Assembly: GCF_009914755.1 (NCBI RefSeq)
Contig: NC_060942.1
Direction: 5' to 3' (one strand)
Length of the DNA: 64,000 nt
DNA from: the human T2T-CHM13v2.0 reference genome, Homo sapiens
Both the position numbers and the translations under genes were made by a program. Numbering within the stretch: the first letter of the stretch is position 1; the number at the start of each line of letters is the position of its first letter. Below the pieces are notes generated by a model that did no database searches, was not told where the DNA came from, and saw only the letters and a list, made by a program, of their open reading frames with translations. Shown here one piece after another: positions 45,899-59,493 of the stretch.

Positions 45899-47077
45899 AC
45901 AACAAGAGTACTTTTAAACCAAGCTAGTTCAAAGAAAATGAAACAAAATGTGTACTTCATATTATCAATCTCATATATTCCAGATTATGAAATATTAATA
46001 TCTTAGTATAACATTTTACCATTTGCCTAACATGCACTTACGGCAACTTCATAGGAAATACTGTTGCCATCTGGCACTGTCTAGATCCATGTGAGCAGTC
46101 AGAATGGACATCTGAGTGTCAGTAAGCCACCCGCTCCTGGCAGCCTGGGAGAACAGCTGTCCAGGATATCCACAGGCACCCCCCACTCCCAGCTCTGCTG
46201 CCCCACACCTGAATACAGACAGGCTGCTCCTTTCCCCCACAAGCCTCTCTGACTCCCTCCTAGGCACACTCCCTCCTGGCATCTTCAGGTCATTCCTCGC
46301 TTTGTTTTTGCCAAGGCTCAGATCTCCAGGGGCTTGTGTGTATCCTATTCTGGTCTCCTCCCATCTCATCTTGAAGGAAGTCTTGGAAATGCCCACCTTG
46401 GCAAGTGGTATTAATAACACCTCTGCATTACAGTCACAGAACTGCGCTGCCTTCCTCCCCGCCTCCTCACTCCCAGTCCCCAACTGTAGGCTGTTTCTTT
46501 AGGAATTGATCTCTTTTTGGACCCAGATACTCAACTAGACTTAGTGTAAATAGGCTGCATTCCTGTTGAAATCTGGTCCTGAACCACTGACCTCTTCCCC
46601 AAAACTCAGGAGCTTTCAAAGTTTCTCAAAATTGGGGCAATGCTGACCAGTAACTTTATCCTTCTTAGTACTGGCAATATACATCAACCTTCTGCTAAGA
46701 GCCAATGTGGACAACTGGGACATGTAAAGAAGCTCAACATGTTGCATTAATGTTTGGATTCATAAGGTACAAAACAGATTATCAACAGAAATTATCAGTA
46801 ATTATGCCTAATCACGCTAAATGGGAAAAAAGTAACTGCTCACTATGCTGAGTATATAGCAGTTTACTCTATCTAGAAATGCCTAATTACCTGAATAATA
46901 TTTTGGAAATTAAATTATATGGGTAAAAAAATTAACTAAAGATTTCTGGTACAAAAAACAATTTTCAAAATAAACACTGTCGAATGATAAAACATATGTA
47001 TGTATTTATATAAAATTTGTAATAATGAAGTGTCAGGTCAGAAAGCTGATGAATAGTCTCCAATAAAACAGTCTGTA

Positions 47078-47410
47078 GGCCGGGCACGGTGGCTCACGCC
47101 TATAATCCCAGCACTTCAGGAGGCCAAGGCGGGCAGAACACAAGGTCAGGAGTTTGAGACCAGCCTGGCCAATATGGTGAAACCCTGTCTCTACTAAAAA
47201 TACAAAAAAATTAGCCAGGCATGGTGGCGCATGCCTGTAATCCCAGCTACTCAGGAAGCTGAGGGAGGAGAATTGCTTGAACCAGGGAGGCGGAGGTTGC
47301 AGTAAGCCGAGATTGTGCCACTGCACTCCAGCCTGGGCGAAAGAGCAAGACTCAGTCTCGAAAAAAACAAAAACAAAAACCAAAAACCAAACAACAACAA
47401 CAACAAAAAA
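47078..47410 (+). mobile_element. AluS (AluSg-like) with CAA-rich tail
   Basis: TSD aaaacagtctg(t/c)a. Confidence 0.94.
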
Positions 47411-47476
47411 CAGTCTGCAGTCTATAAGTAAATCAGACAAGTAAAATGTATGAGCAAATCAAATACAGGCATAGTA

Positions 47477-48150
47477 CAGTTAGCTCTCAATTCTCCAAAG
47501 GATAGACTAATCATAAAGATTTCATTCATGAAATGGTTAAAACAACTACAAACTAGTGACATATCTATGTACTAGAAAGACCACTGTTAGGAAACCAGTA
47601 TTACCAATATAGCACAGGGAGTCTTCTCCAATCATATTTCATTTTTGAAATATAATTACATTTTTGAAATCTAAACCCAAACTAAAATTTGGCAAAAAAT
47701 TTTAATTGACAGAAACATCATTCAATGATAAACTACGAGAACAAAACCTTATGATATAAATTAGATAAAGATCAAATTAATTCCATTTGAACCTGCACCA
47801 AGTTCTTCAAGTAGAGTAAAAAAATAGGAAAACTTTAAAGAAGTCCTCTCTCTACAACCTTGATAAGGCAATGATAATTTGGTTAAGTTGGCAATAAGCA
47901 AAGAAAATGCCAGTTTCTGGTCAAATCTGCCCAAACAAGCAAATGCTTATTTGACTCTTAGAATGAAAAGCAACTGATGAATTTCTGGCTGGGATTCACA
48001 TCGCTAAGCTGATGAAAGCGACATTGGGGCAACTTGACCTGGATCTGAGAACTGGGTGATAATGGCACTGTTGAAATGGGTGGTCAGAAAAAGGGTCCAG
48101 CTGGTCAAAAGCAGATTACTGATGGTGCAGCAGTTAATCATCTTGACGGT
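47477..48150 (+). mobile_element. TcMar-Tigger DNA transposon fossil with transposase remnant
   Basis: TA|CAGTTAGCTCTCAATT TIR-like start; 47823-47930 translates NRKTLKKSSLYNLDKAMIIWLSWQ*AKKMPVSGQIC, resembling the CENP-B-type HTH of Tigger/TIGD2/JRK proteins. Confidence 0.75.
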
Positions 48151-49516
48151 CTAAACAGTAAATATGCTTTCTATTAAGGTGATATTAAGTTTATTTTATA
48201 TCACACTTTGGGCTGGTTTTAACTTTTTATCATTAACTATCGTAAGGTGAATTTTAAGACAATTAAGAATAAAAAGACGAGCTAAGGTCTAGAATTTCTT
48301 TTTTTTTCAGTTTCAAGTTCTCCACTAAACTCAGTCTTAACTACTTGAATATATCACGTATAGTTACTTTACAACATGTGTCTGAAAACTTCATAATTTG
48401 GCTCCTTTGTGGTCTGTTTTTATTGCCTGTTGCTTTATTTTTTATAAAATAATCATTTTATCTTGTCTCTTCACATGTCTGGTTATTTAAGATAGAATAC
48501 ATTTCCCATGTAAATTGCCATGTTTATCAAAAGTTGACAAGATCAACATCAACATATTGCTTCATTATAAACATAACTGAAAAAGGCAAAAATCAAGCAA
48601 ATTTATAATTTTAAATGTAATAAATACAAATATTTCAAGATACTCTCACATAAAATAAAATTATTGACCAATATAAACTACCATTACAATTGGACCATCA
48701 TTTTATGGGAATTTCCTTAAGTGTTTAGCAAATGTTTCATCAATATAAAGTGAATCCTCTTATAAAGCAATAGATATTATTATAGGTAAACTGTTATTTT
48801 AAAAAGGTGACCAAGCATGGGTTCGATGATTGGTTTGTTTCACACCACATAGAAAATAAAATTCCAATACAACCAAAGGATTTGGGCTCTCCTTCAGGGT
48901 AGGAGAACAAATGGTTTACTGTTCTGCTTATGTTTTTATGCATTAATGTTATGGGAATCAGAAAAACAACTGAATTACTACTCCTAGTTGTGTCAGACAT
49001 TGAAAGGGAAGCAGTGCAGAATCACTGGATTTTGGAGAACTTAAGAGAGAATCTGATTCAAAAACTTTTAATAAGGTTCCAAAACACAAACCTAACGTTG
49101 AAAGAATGTTTACAAAGTAGAGTTGAACTGCAGGGGAGAACAGGCCTTGCAGACAGCTACTGATCTGAAAAGAACTTCCTACAAAAGGGAAAGAGGCCGG
49201 TCACCAGGGCTGAAGAGGAGAGAGGAGACGCTGTGTCGGCACCAACTCAGTGCAATTCACTCTTCAGTCTCTGCTTTGTTCACACTACATTTCTGTTTGG
49301 AAACAGAATTTGGAGAAGTCTGAATATAAACTTTCCCCAAGACAGCCAGGTTTGGGGCCTTTAATTTATGGAAATATGCATACACTGTGTCCTCAAATGC
49401 TAGCTGTGTGCATACAACAAAAAAGGAAGTGACTTTTAAGATAGTTAAGGATAAAAAAGAAATACTTGAGAGAATAAAAGATTAAAGTCTTAGTAACAAT
49501 ACCATTATAAAAACAA

Positions 49517-49660
49517 GGCCTGGCATGGCGCTCATGTCTGTAATCCCATCACTCTGGAAGCCTGAAGTGAAAGGATCACTTGAGCCAGGAGTTCGAGACC
49601 AGCCTGGGCAACAAAGTGAGACCGTGTCTCAAAATAATAATAATAAAAATTATAAATAAA
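49517..49660 (+). mobile_element. FLAM (Alu monomer)
   Basis: Single left monomer followed by an AAT-rich tail. Confidence 0.85.
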
Positions 49661-50739
49661 AACAAAAGAAAACTAAGTGCACCTCTAGTCTATGGAAAGC
49701 ACTGCTCTGCAGCAAAGGAAATAAATCTCATGTCCTGGTTGAGGGAGGACCCTCTAATACTCTAGTTGGCTGCTTGGGAACAAAGGAAGAAACTGGAGTT
49801 CATATTGGAAAATAAGGAGAGAAAAGAAATCTTAAATAGCACTAAATTTAGAAAAACAGTCTTTTCAAAGGCGAACTGAGGGAACTTTCCTAAAGCAAAC
49901 TGGGTCAATTAGGAAATATTTCTTGGAGAAATGCCTTAAGATGCACACAACAACTTAAACTCAAAACTACAGAAAGACTAAAGCAATGTCAATTAACAAA
50001 ACATTTACTTATTTTATACAATGCATAAAAGTGGGACAAATAGTATATCAGAGTTTATAAGACAGTTCTTATCCATATAGAGACAATGGTAATATCAAAA
50101 ACAGTACAACTGTGGCTTAGTAGACCATCTTGTATATCCTTTCATGCCAGGTAACCATTTCACTCGTGTGTCAGGTCCTTTTCTCGCTGGAAATTCACTC
50201 TTGAAATTCTAGAGAATGTGATGAAGAGTTCAAAAATGGGAATGAAACACTGGTTGAGGCCTCCTTGCTAATTTGAAAACTACTTTTGGAATCTGCAATT
50301 ATTTCTTAAAATAGAGATTTAAAAATCTCTGTATTCAAACTAGATTTTAATTTGCCTAGTTTAAACTTGTTTTGAAACTTCTATAAAAAGCCGCAAGGGA
50401 ATGCTCTAAAAATTATCAAAAGGATACATTTGCCATAGAGCAATGCTAGGAGGATTAAACATAAAATTCACAATGATTTGAGTTTATGAATTGGAATTCA
50501 GCAAGTCATTACGCCACTCAATGAGAACAAAGGACAGAGGACCAGGGTTTTGCCTATGATTAACAATACTTAGTGTTTTGGCTGGCACCCATCTCAAGTT
50601 CTATTATTTTGAGTGAATCAAAACTTGGTGATTAAAAGAAAACTGTAGCTCACATTATTATTATAAGAGAAATGAAAAGTAGGCAATATTCAACATCAGC
50701 CTAGAAAGTCAAACAAAGCCCACTTTAAAATTAAGTCAA

Positions 50740-51040
50740 GGCTGGGCGTGGTGGCTCACACCTGTAATCCCAGCACTTTGGGAGGCTGAAGTGGGCAGAT
50801 CACTTGAGGCCAGGAGTTCGAGACCAGCCTGGCCAACATGGTGAAACGCCATCTCTACTAAAAATACGAAAATTAGCTGGGCGTGGTGGTGCGTGCTTGT
50901 AATTCCAGCTACTGAGGAGGCTGAGGCAGGAGAATCGTTTGAACCTGGGAGGCAGACGTTTCAGTGAGCAAGATCGTGCCACTGCACTCCAGCCTGAGTG
51001 ACTGAGTGAATGAGACTCCATCTCTAAATAAATAAATAAA
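50740..51040 (+). mobile_element. AluS (AluSx-like)
   Basis: Full dimer with (TAAA)n tail. Confidence 0.93.
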
Positions 51041-54000
51041 TCAAGAAAATTCCCCCTTTCTTTCCTTGTAAAGATGTAATTTGCCAACTCAAGTTGAGAG
51101 GATATTAAAAAATCAAATATGTTTATAATATAAATAATTATGTACTGATATTTTGTTTCTTAGGTTAATTAGGTCATCAATGTGCAACTACTATAATAAA
51201 TCCATATAAACACATCCATATTTGTTGGGCATTTACAAAGAATTCTGAGGACTAATATATTTCACAGAATTTATCTTATTTAGTCCAATTTTCTGAACAT
51301 GTAGTTAAAACTATCCAGAATCATTCAGTTATCCAAGACTTACCTGTAAAATTATAGTCAGACTATATGATTTTCAAGGATCATTTCAGAAATAAAATTC
51401 TGCACAGTATTGAATTACATGGGATAACTAGATCAAATGCAGCAGATATAAAATAGAACAGGTTTTATTTTAAACCTTTGTTCTACAAAAATCCATAAAA
51501 TTGGGCTTCAACACATTTTAAATGTTAGAAGGACTGAACTCTTCATGGCCCTCTGAACTTCTGTATAAATGAGATGTCCATTAAATTTACCAGGACAAGG
51601 TATACACAAAGTTCAACTACTCCCTTCAATCATAGCCATCTCTCTAAATAAGTTTCAAAAACCGTCTGGATTTTCTAATATTTATGGCTTACAGGCTCAA
51701 ATCATTTATTAAATAATTAGATACAATGATGTATATCATAGTGGTTTCCAATCAGCTAGCCAAGAATCAAGAAATAATACAAGGTATCAGAATTCATCTG
51801 ATAAGTTCCATCTCCTACACAGAGGTATTACTTCCCCCAAAATAGGTAGATGTCATTGTTATTTGTGAAAAGGAAATTTAAAAAATCAATGAAACATCAT
51901 AAATTATAAATATAGATATAAAATAAATACTTGCTAAATGAGAGAATACTATTAATAAAATTCCAATTTGTTAAACTAGCAAATCTGACTGGTTTCACCA
52001 ACTGATAAACTTTTGGTCATTCTGTATTTAATCGACAAATACAAAATGTATCGTGTGGGCTTGTAAACTGTCAAGCTGTTAAAAATGGATCCCTGATTCT
52101 GAAAAGGTAGCACATGAAGGGCAAGTACTGAAAACAAGGCATGCTTTTTAAATCCAATCCTGAAACTTCAGTGAGCTCTAAAAGGACATTTGCTCGAGTC
52201 CAGGGAATGTGGAACACAGCATGAGAAATGTGAACATTCTTGGTAAACTGACATCATCATGACAACTCTGGCAGGGCTCCAAGTGTCTGAAGCAGAACGA
52301 AGTCTTGTTTATGAAGTGGGAGAAAGAAACTTGGGCTTTCTGATTTACACCTTGGCAGGAAGCAGAAATGGTTAAAAGAAAAGGAACACTTTTTATATAC
52401 AGTAACTGGCAATTTTCAGTGAAGAAATGGGAAGAAGAGAAAAGAAAGCTATTTGAAAAGTTGAAAACTGCCCCCCTTTTTTTCCAGAATGAGTCATTCA
52501 GAGGCTCTCTCCTCTCTAAATATATATACACATGGAGACATGTTTTTAAAAGTCTATTTATGAAAGTAATATAACCACTTTATAGTTTGGAAAATAAGAA
52601 ATAAATCACCTCTAACAGTTCAACCTTAATACAACTACTATTACAATGCACTGATTAGATTTTTTGTTGGTTTCTTAAAATTATTTAATGTATCCAACTG
52701 AAGGATTTTTGGCTAATATTAGTATACTCTTGCCTCAATTTCTTTAAAAATAGAGTCAGGGTCTCTCAACACATTAAATAGAGATCCAAAGGCATTTAAG
52801 TTAGGTAGAAGGAAGGATAAACATTTCTACTCAAACTTATGATATTTCTGACTATATATGTGATCTGATATTGCTTCAGACTAAAAACAAGACCCCTTCT
52901 CTCTAGGATATTTGAAAACAGCATTTCAATGCAATTTTAAAAACAGCTGTACATGCCAAGTAAACTCTTGAAGGTTACGAATCACTTTAAAATTCTTAAA
53001 GTGTGTCCATTATTTAGCAAACAATAAATTGTTTTCATTTCTACTGTAGAAACAAACAACCAAGTGATGGCCTTCTGGTTTCAAAGTATACATGAAACCC
53101 AACTGGTCAAGCTTTTACATTTCTGGTCCACCATTAAGTTTTATGGCATATCAGGAATGTAAAGCATGATGTTTAAACAAAATTTCAATTTATTAGACAA
53201 ATTCCTACTTTTGATAAATACAGTATGTTTTTAAATGGTATGCCCATTTTTAATTAGGAAGAGTACAAATACTGGCAAAATGTTATGTAGAAAAAGTTGA
53301 CTTGAATTTTTCTAGGAACTTACTATTTCTTAGTCCTTTGGTTGAACTTCTGGTCCTTCTGATTCCTCAATTTCTAATTTTGTATGGTGTACTGGTGTAT
53401 TTCCTAACATCAACTCTAAAAAGTCTAAAGTAGCCAATGATGCTATTTTGATGGAATTAGGAAGTAATTTTCATTCAATTGCGTTAAAACTAGAAATGAA
53501 CACCCAGGCACCAGATGAAACACATCTGAGTGCCTTAGTCACATATCCTTTTAAATCATAATTATATGTTCACTTTCTTGGCTCTCCAATGGTTTTAAAA
53601 GGTTATCTTTAGATTTATTACTCATTAATCTGACTCAAATTTATCAGCAGAGAAGGCCTATGTAAAACTATTGATGCAAGCAGGAGAAAAATAATTACAG
53701 TTCTTGGCCCTAACTTAATTCAGATATAAACAATATATTAATAAAGGTTCAGACATTTTCCATGAAAAGCTTTAAAGTGCACATTCAAGGGCCTGTGTGA
53801 ACTGAATGGGTTTCACACAGTTCAGCTAAGTTCCTGAGGACACACTTCATGTAGTTAAGTTTAACCAAGAGAAGTATGTGGATAATTACTTCTAGGATGA
53901 TGCTACACACACAGTGTCCTGATAACCTGGTTAATAAATATTCTAAAAAATATACAGAAAAATGGAAAAGTAAATATCTCTCAAGCAATACCCTCTCTCT

Positions 54001-54078
54001 TTTTTTTTTTTTTTACTTACACAGACAGAACACATCACTAAAACAATTATGTGAAAAGCCATCTTTTACACAGCATGA

Positions 54079-54219
54079 CTTGATACCAAGGTTTAGGCCT
54101 GACCGGCTACCCTACTTTCAAATTCTCAGCATATTCTTTGAAAAGAATTATTAGTTTCCATGCCATAGAGAAATGCCTGTGTAAAGTAATTTTTTCTTCA
54201 GCATAGGTACACAACTGTT
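54079..54219 (+). repeat. Left arm of ~140-bp inverted duplication
   Basis: Reverse complement of 57290-57438 with about 8-9 substitutions and one 8-nt indel. Confidence 0.95.
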
Positions 54220-54435
54220 GATAGATATAAGGAATTACATGAATCTGAAAGACATTTTTGGTACAAATGTCCCAATTTAAATGAAAGAATAATAAAAATT
54301 AAAATGATTACAAAGTACTTTTAGAGCCAAAAATTCTCAGTGTTAAAACAAACCAAACATCCTTTCTTTCTCTTCACCTCCAAACCCAAACAAAGGCATT
54401 CTGAGCCACTACAGGATACACCATTATCAGAAAAC

Positions 54436-54590
54436 AGGCAGCCACCCATTTACAAACATATGGTATTCCAAAAGTTCATTTATTAGTCAGTTCTGCAAAA
54501 TTTTAATATTTTCCCAGGGAAACAAGAATAAAATTTGAGGTTAAGTTGTCAGATCAGCCCACAAAACTGGATTTAAAACACAGTACTAAG
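54436..54590 (+). mobile_element. Tigger/MER82-like DNA transposon end (tentative)
   Basis: caggcagccacccatttacaaac...ttccaaaagttcatttattagtc...ttttcccagggaaacaa...cagcccacaaaa. Confidence 0.45.
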
Positions 54591-57289
54591 ACAAGGCCAG
54601 GAGTAACTCAGAACACTGGGGAAAATGCATCCCGTGGCCAGCGACACCTGGGGCGGCAAGAGCATCCTGCCTCGCTGGCCTGAGCAGGGAATCCTGTTCC
54701 TTTCATTGTAAGCTCAGAATCTTTTCACAGTCACTCCTGGGGATTTGTGGGGTGTGGATGCCATGAGAGGGGATGGAGAGTAGCCTATAAGAGGGCCACA
54801 GTTTTGGGAGGTGAGGGACAGAGCCAAGGGCTTGGGGATGACAAATGAAACGGGAACTTGGGAGGAGGTGGATGAGGGTAATGAATTGAGATAAAGTGGA
54901 ACAGAAAGAGGGGACAGGGGGTTTAGGGTAGGCCAGTGAGGACTTTTCCCTCATTTCTCTGATTTACCTTTTCTTTCCTCAGGACCAGATTAAGAAGATC
55001 ACAGCTGGGAACACCTGTGATCACACCTGTGAAGACCACACCTGTGATTATGAGAGAAGGAAAGAATCTCCATGGAAGAAGGGTTTAAGGAGGATGGGGC
55101 TAGAGGGGAGAGAATTCTGGGCTGATTCAGAGTCTGTAGAAGAGGAAACTCCCCAGCTGTGGCCATGGGACAGAGGAGTTCTCAATGCCTCCCTTCTAGA
55201 ACTAGTACTAATATGGAAGTGGCATAAACAGATAACACAACAGACATAAAATATAAACAACAAAGGAGTCAATTTTTTATTAATGAGAGGCCAACTCATA
55301 CAATCTTTCAATTACAAATTTCCATACCCTGATTACATGGTTAGCAGACTGAATTTTTAGATAAGTCAGACGTTAACAGATAAGTAAGTTATGTGATTTT
55401 CTATTTAGAATGAGAACCTATATCTTTTATCACTGACCTTAGTCCATTTTTGTTACATTAATATTTTTAAATGTCCACACATAAAGAAATGTACAAAAGT
55501 TCTAATCAGACGATAACAAAGTCAGAAACATATTTTTCAACAAATATCTTTTGAGGGCATATTGTGGGCCATGTGTTTTCTGAGCATAGGGGACACAGTA
55601 GTATGGCCTCCAAGTTCTCGATCCTACTTTTATTTCTTAGCAACAATACTTCCATCTGAACAAGGCAGCTACTCAATGTCTAGCTGGCCTCTCAGACCAC
55701 TGTTTACTTACCTAATAGCTATTTTGTTAATGTACAGCCAGCTTTTAACCTTAGCCCAACTATAAGGGTTAAAATAATTTGTCACACTTTTATAAGTCCT
55801 CAAGTAACTGGCCTAAAGTATTGAATTTCTTGCTTTAACTATAATAGGGCCTTCTTTACCTATGGGCTTTGACTTCTGAGTTACATTAGGTAAAAGTACA
55901 TTAAAAATAACTTAAAGTTTACCAACAGATGAAGAATAAGGAGACAAAGATGAGTCATAAAAGGAGAAAATGGCTAATCATTTTGACTTCATTACAATCA
56001 TACCACCACTGGCAGGTGAATTCTAAGGTGTTTCATGAAATAATTCTATGCTGTTCTACAAGTATATGGAAATACTAGAAAGTTGAACCTGGGCCTTTAT
56101 GATTTAGAATTGATAGAAATCTGGGGAAGACTTAATAGGAAGAAGGAGAAGAGAAGGAAGGGAAAGGAAGAGAAGGGAGAACTAAAATGCTCAAAGTCAA
56201 GAAAACAAGGTTTTGTCCTTAGATTATAAAATCTCTGAACAAGTTGATTAATTAGAAATAGATGATTACAAATAAAAGATGCCCTATTGGTATATGTTAA
56301 GAAATGAATTGATGAGTATTAGTAAAACCAAAGGAACCACAGATAACATACATAAATAATTTTGAAAATCTAAACTGACAAATTCATGAGCATTACAAGG
56401 TAGCAGCAAATATAAAAGAATACTTTAGTACCAGAGGTTGTGGTTTATCTGTTCCTCATTTATATTTTATATCATACGCAAAACAAAATTAGGAAAGGAT
56501 TATGTGAAAGAAGTTCATAGCTTTTGTGTACACTTCTAAACATTAATAATAACTTAGTTTGAAAGTATGAACGCATCATACTTTCAAGATAGAGTTGCCA
56601 ACTTTAAGACAACTGTATTATATAATATATTGGATTTCAGTGCCAAAAAGAGTGTCTGGCACATAGGTCAATAAATCTTTGTTACTTGACTGAATACATG
56701 TTAAGAGAAAGGGGAGATAGGCTATGGTTAGAACTGGAGTTTTCATCAGAAGAGTCCAAAATTAACTCCAAATGCCACCAGCACTCCCAGATGAGTGTTT
56801 CTTTTTCATCTATGATACAAATTTAAAATTTGAACAACACATTGAAGCTAGGAGAGAAACAAGCTACAGTCCCCCTCTCTAAAACTTCTCCGCAAAAGCA
56901 AAATTGAATATTCTGATCATCCAGAATGGGCTAGAAGAGACGGCAGAGACAGTGGGGTCAACTCCCTCCACTGGCTAAACATGGCCCGGGGAGGAAAAGC
57001 GGTGTGGCTGAGGTCATGAAGCAGAGCAGTCACTGGAATTCCAGTCCTCTGATCTCCAGTGTTTCTGTTCTTTATTGACTGTTTAAATGAATGTTTTGTA
57101 AGAAACCAGAAGACACAGGCAAATAAGTGAAGAGGGAGTGTCAGAAGCAGTGACGGTATTTGCCTGATGGTAAATTTACCATGGAGACCACTGTGTCAGT
57201 GAACTCTGTTCCAGAAAATTCCATATACAAAATTATCTCTACAGGTGATGAAAAGAATAAAAATTAGAAATGAGTGAGGAGGAGAGATT

Positions 57290-57438
57290 AACAGCTGTGT
57301 ACCTATGCCGAAGAAAAAATTACTTTTCACAGGCATTTCTCTATAGCATGGAAACTAATATTTTAATCCATCTTTTCAAAGAATGTGCTGAGAATTTGAA
57401 AGTAGGGTAGCTGGTCAGGCCTAAACTATGGTATCAAG
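57290..57438 (-). repeat. Right arm of ~140-bp inverted duplication
   Basis: Reverse complement aligns to 54079-54219. Confidence 0.95.
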
Positions 57439-58235
57439 ATGGAAGAAAAAAAATTTTTTTAAAGTCTTGTGATCATTATAGATATTGAAGAACTTGTGTC
57501 TAATTATGGTATTCTTTTTCCACATCTATCTAGGAGTTTCAAAATTTTACAAATCTACATCTAATTCCTATTTAAAAAACAACTCACAAAGCAAGAGGCC
57601 TATGGTGAATAATGAAGTAATGCTGCCTAGAACCCTATCTATGGATAAATAAAATTTTATTTTGTGAAAGGTTTTTTGCATATTTGGAGTCGATGCATTT
57701 TTACACATGACTATTTTATCTAGATTTCTATTTATGATATTCATAAATTTTACTTAAGGAATCAAGAGTAGAGAGAAAAGTGGTCAAAATACTAATTTTA
57801 CACTCATGTTTCAGAGCTTTATGCTCAATGTTTCATCACTAAAAAGAGTGAAACAAAAATCAGACATACTAGAAGTTTATTTCATTTTTATCTTTTTAAG
57901 TAATGACAATTAAAAATTACCAATTTCAGTCTGCTGTTTATAAATACGGGGGAACTTGGACTTTTTTCTAGTACCTTGACACCATTACATTTTATATAAA
58001 TTCACAGAAAGAACAAGAGTATGTTGACAGGTGAAAAACATTCTATAAAAGAAATGGAAGATTTTTAAGCAAATGGATGTAATCAAAAGGTTATAAGCCC
58101 ACCAAACCGAACTATTTAGGTCAATACAATCATTGGACAAAAAAGAATGCACAGTACAGTTGAACAGGAAAATTCCATATACAGTTATTAGAGAAGGCTT
58201 ATTTTAGAAAACTAATTTATCTACAAGTGTTCTTG

Positions 58236-58250
58236 GTTGCTATGAGCAAC
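58236..58250. promoter_or_regulatory. RFX X-box-like motif GTTGCTATGAGCAAC
   Basis: Inverted GTTGCT/AGCAAC half-sites with a 3-nt spacer. Confidence 0.35.
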
Positions 58251-58879
58251 ATTTTTCAACCACATTCTATTGCCTAAATCAGGTCACGATTACCTCCTAA
58301 ATGGACTTTGCCATTCTAGAGAAGCAGTTTTTCTTTCATTCAGGATTTCTAAGGAAACAGCTTTCATCTTAGGCAACTAAACATCTGGCTTCTTGGTTTG
58401 TTTTAAGGAGCAAAATGAGAAAGGAATGAATCACCATGAAGCAGGTCAGGTTAGCATTTTTTTCCCATTTCTAAAAAAGTTAAAGTCTCCAAAAACTTTT
58501 CCTTGAGAAAATGAGTAATTCAAAATGCACTGATAATTATATACCAGGAATATTTGAATATGTCTAATGACCAGTCACTCCATGTTTGTTTTCTGAACTC
58601 TTACATACAACTCCACAAAGTAAAAACACCCAGGAGGAAAAGGAGTGAAATTATTCACATTTTACTGCTATGCTTTTTGACTTTCGCTATCACAAAGACA
58701 AACAAATATCATTTTTTAGCTCCTCTCTTTGATTCTTAGAACAAATTCTTTGATATATCCCTCTCCTATTTAATGACCCAATAGGTTAATTATTTATTAT
58801 TCTGCTCCTCTGTCCATTAACACCTGTTTAATGTCCTAAATACATAATAATAACAAACTCAACAACTACTACTCCCATC

Positions 58880-59075
58880 ACTATCATATATTGAAAACTT
58901 ATTAGATGTCAGATACTGTACAAGTGTCTTATATATCATATATCCTTCAATCTCCCCTATGACATATGGTATTATCACACCAATTTTACAAGGTAGAAAT
59001 CTGAGACTCAGTGGAATTAAGTCATTTGTCCCAGGCCACACAATGAACAAGAGAAATGGGATTCAAATCCACCTT
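58880..59075 (-). mobile_element. MIR SINE
   Basis: attttacaaggtagaaatctgagactcagtggaattaagtcatttgtcccaggccacaca. Confidence 0.8.
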
Positions 59076-59493
59076 AATCTGACAAATCCAAAAACCTTCA
59101 GTAAGTGTGAAAACTGTCTCCTAGGAGGACCATCATTATGATGATATTTGAAGATCCAGGACTTCAAGTTCTGCTGTTTAACCGCCACCCTCCACCCCCA
59201 ACCATGGCAATCAATGGCTTTCCATTGTATGTATAATTTTAAAATGAAAATCCCTAATGGAGGTTTTGGTCCTAGCTTCTCTGGCCCCACAGCCTTCGTA
59301 GCACAATCCCGTGCTACTCTGCCCCTTCCTTTCTGAGAGTAGGGACACAGAGGCTCTCTGGATTCCTTTCGTACAAAGAACTTGTTCTTGTTTCATATCC
59401 TTCACACACTCCGTTCCCTGTACTTGCAATACTACCTCCTTACTTGTTACTCAGGTTTCGGCTTACAAGTCATTCCGCAAAAAGGTTTGCCTT

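Noticed and set aside
46049-46502. Overlapping 144-aa (-) and 128-aa (+) ORFs
   Set aside because: Non-ATG starts, no recognisable domain and no convincing splice-site pair; the GC-richer patch explains the lack of stops
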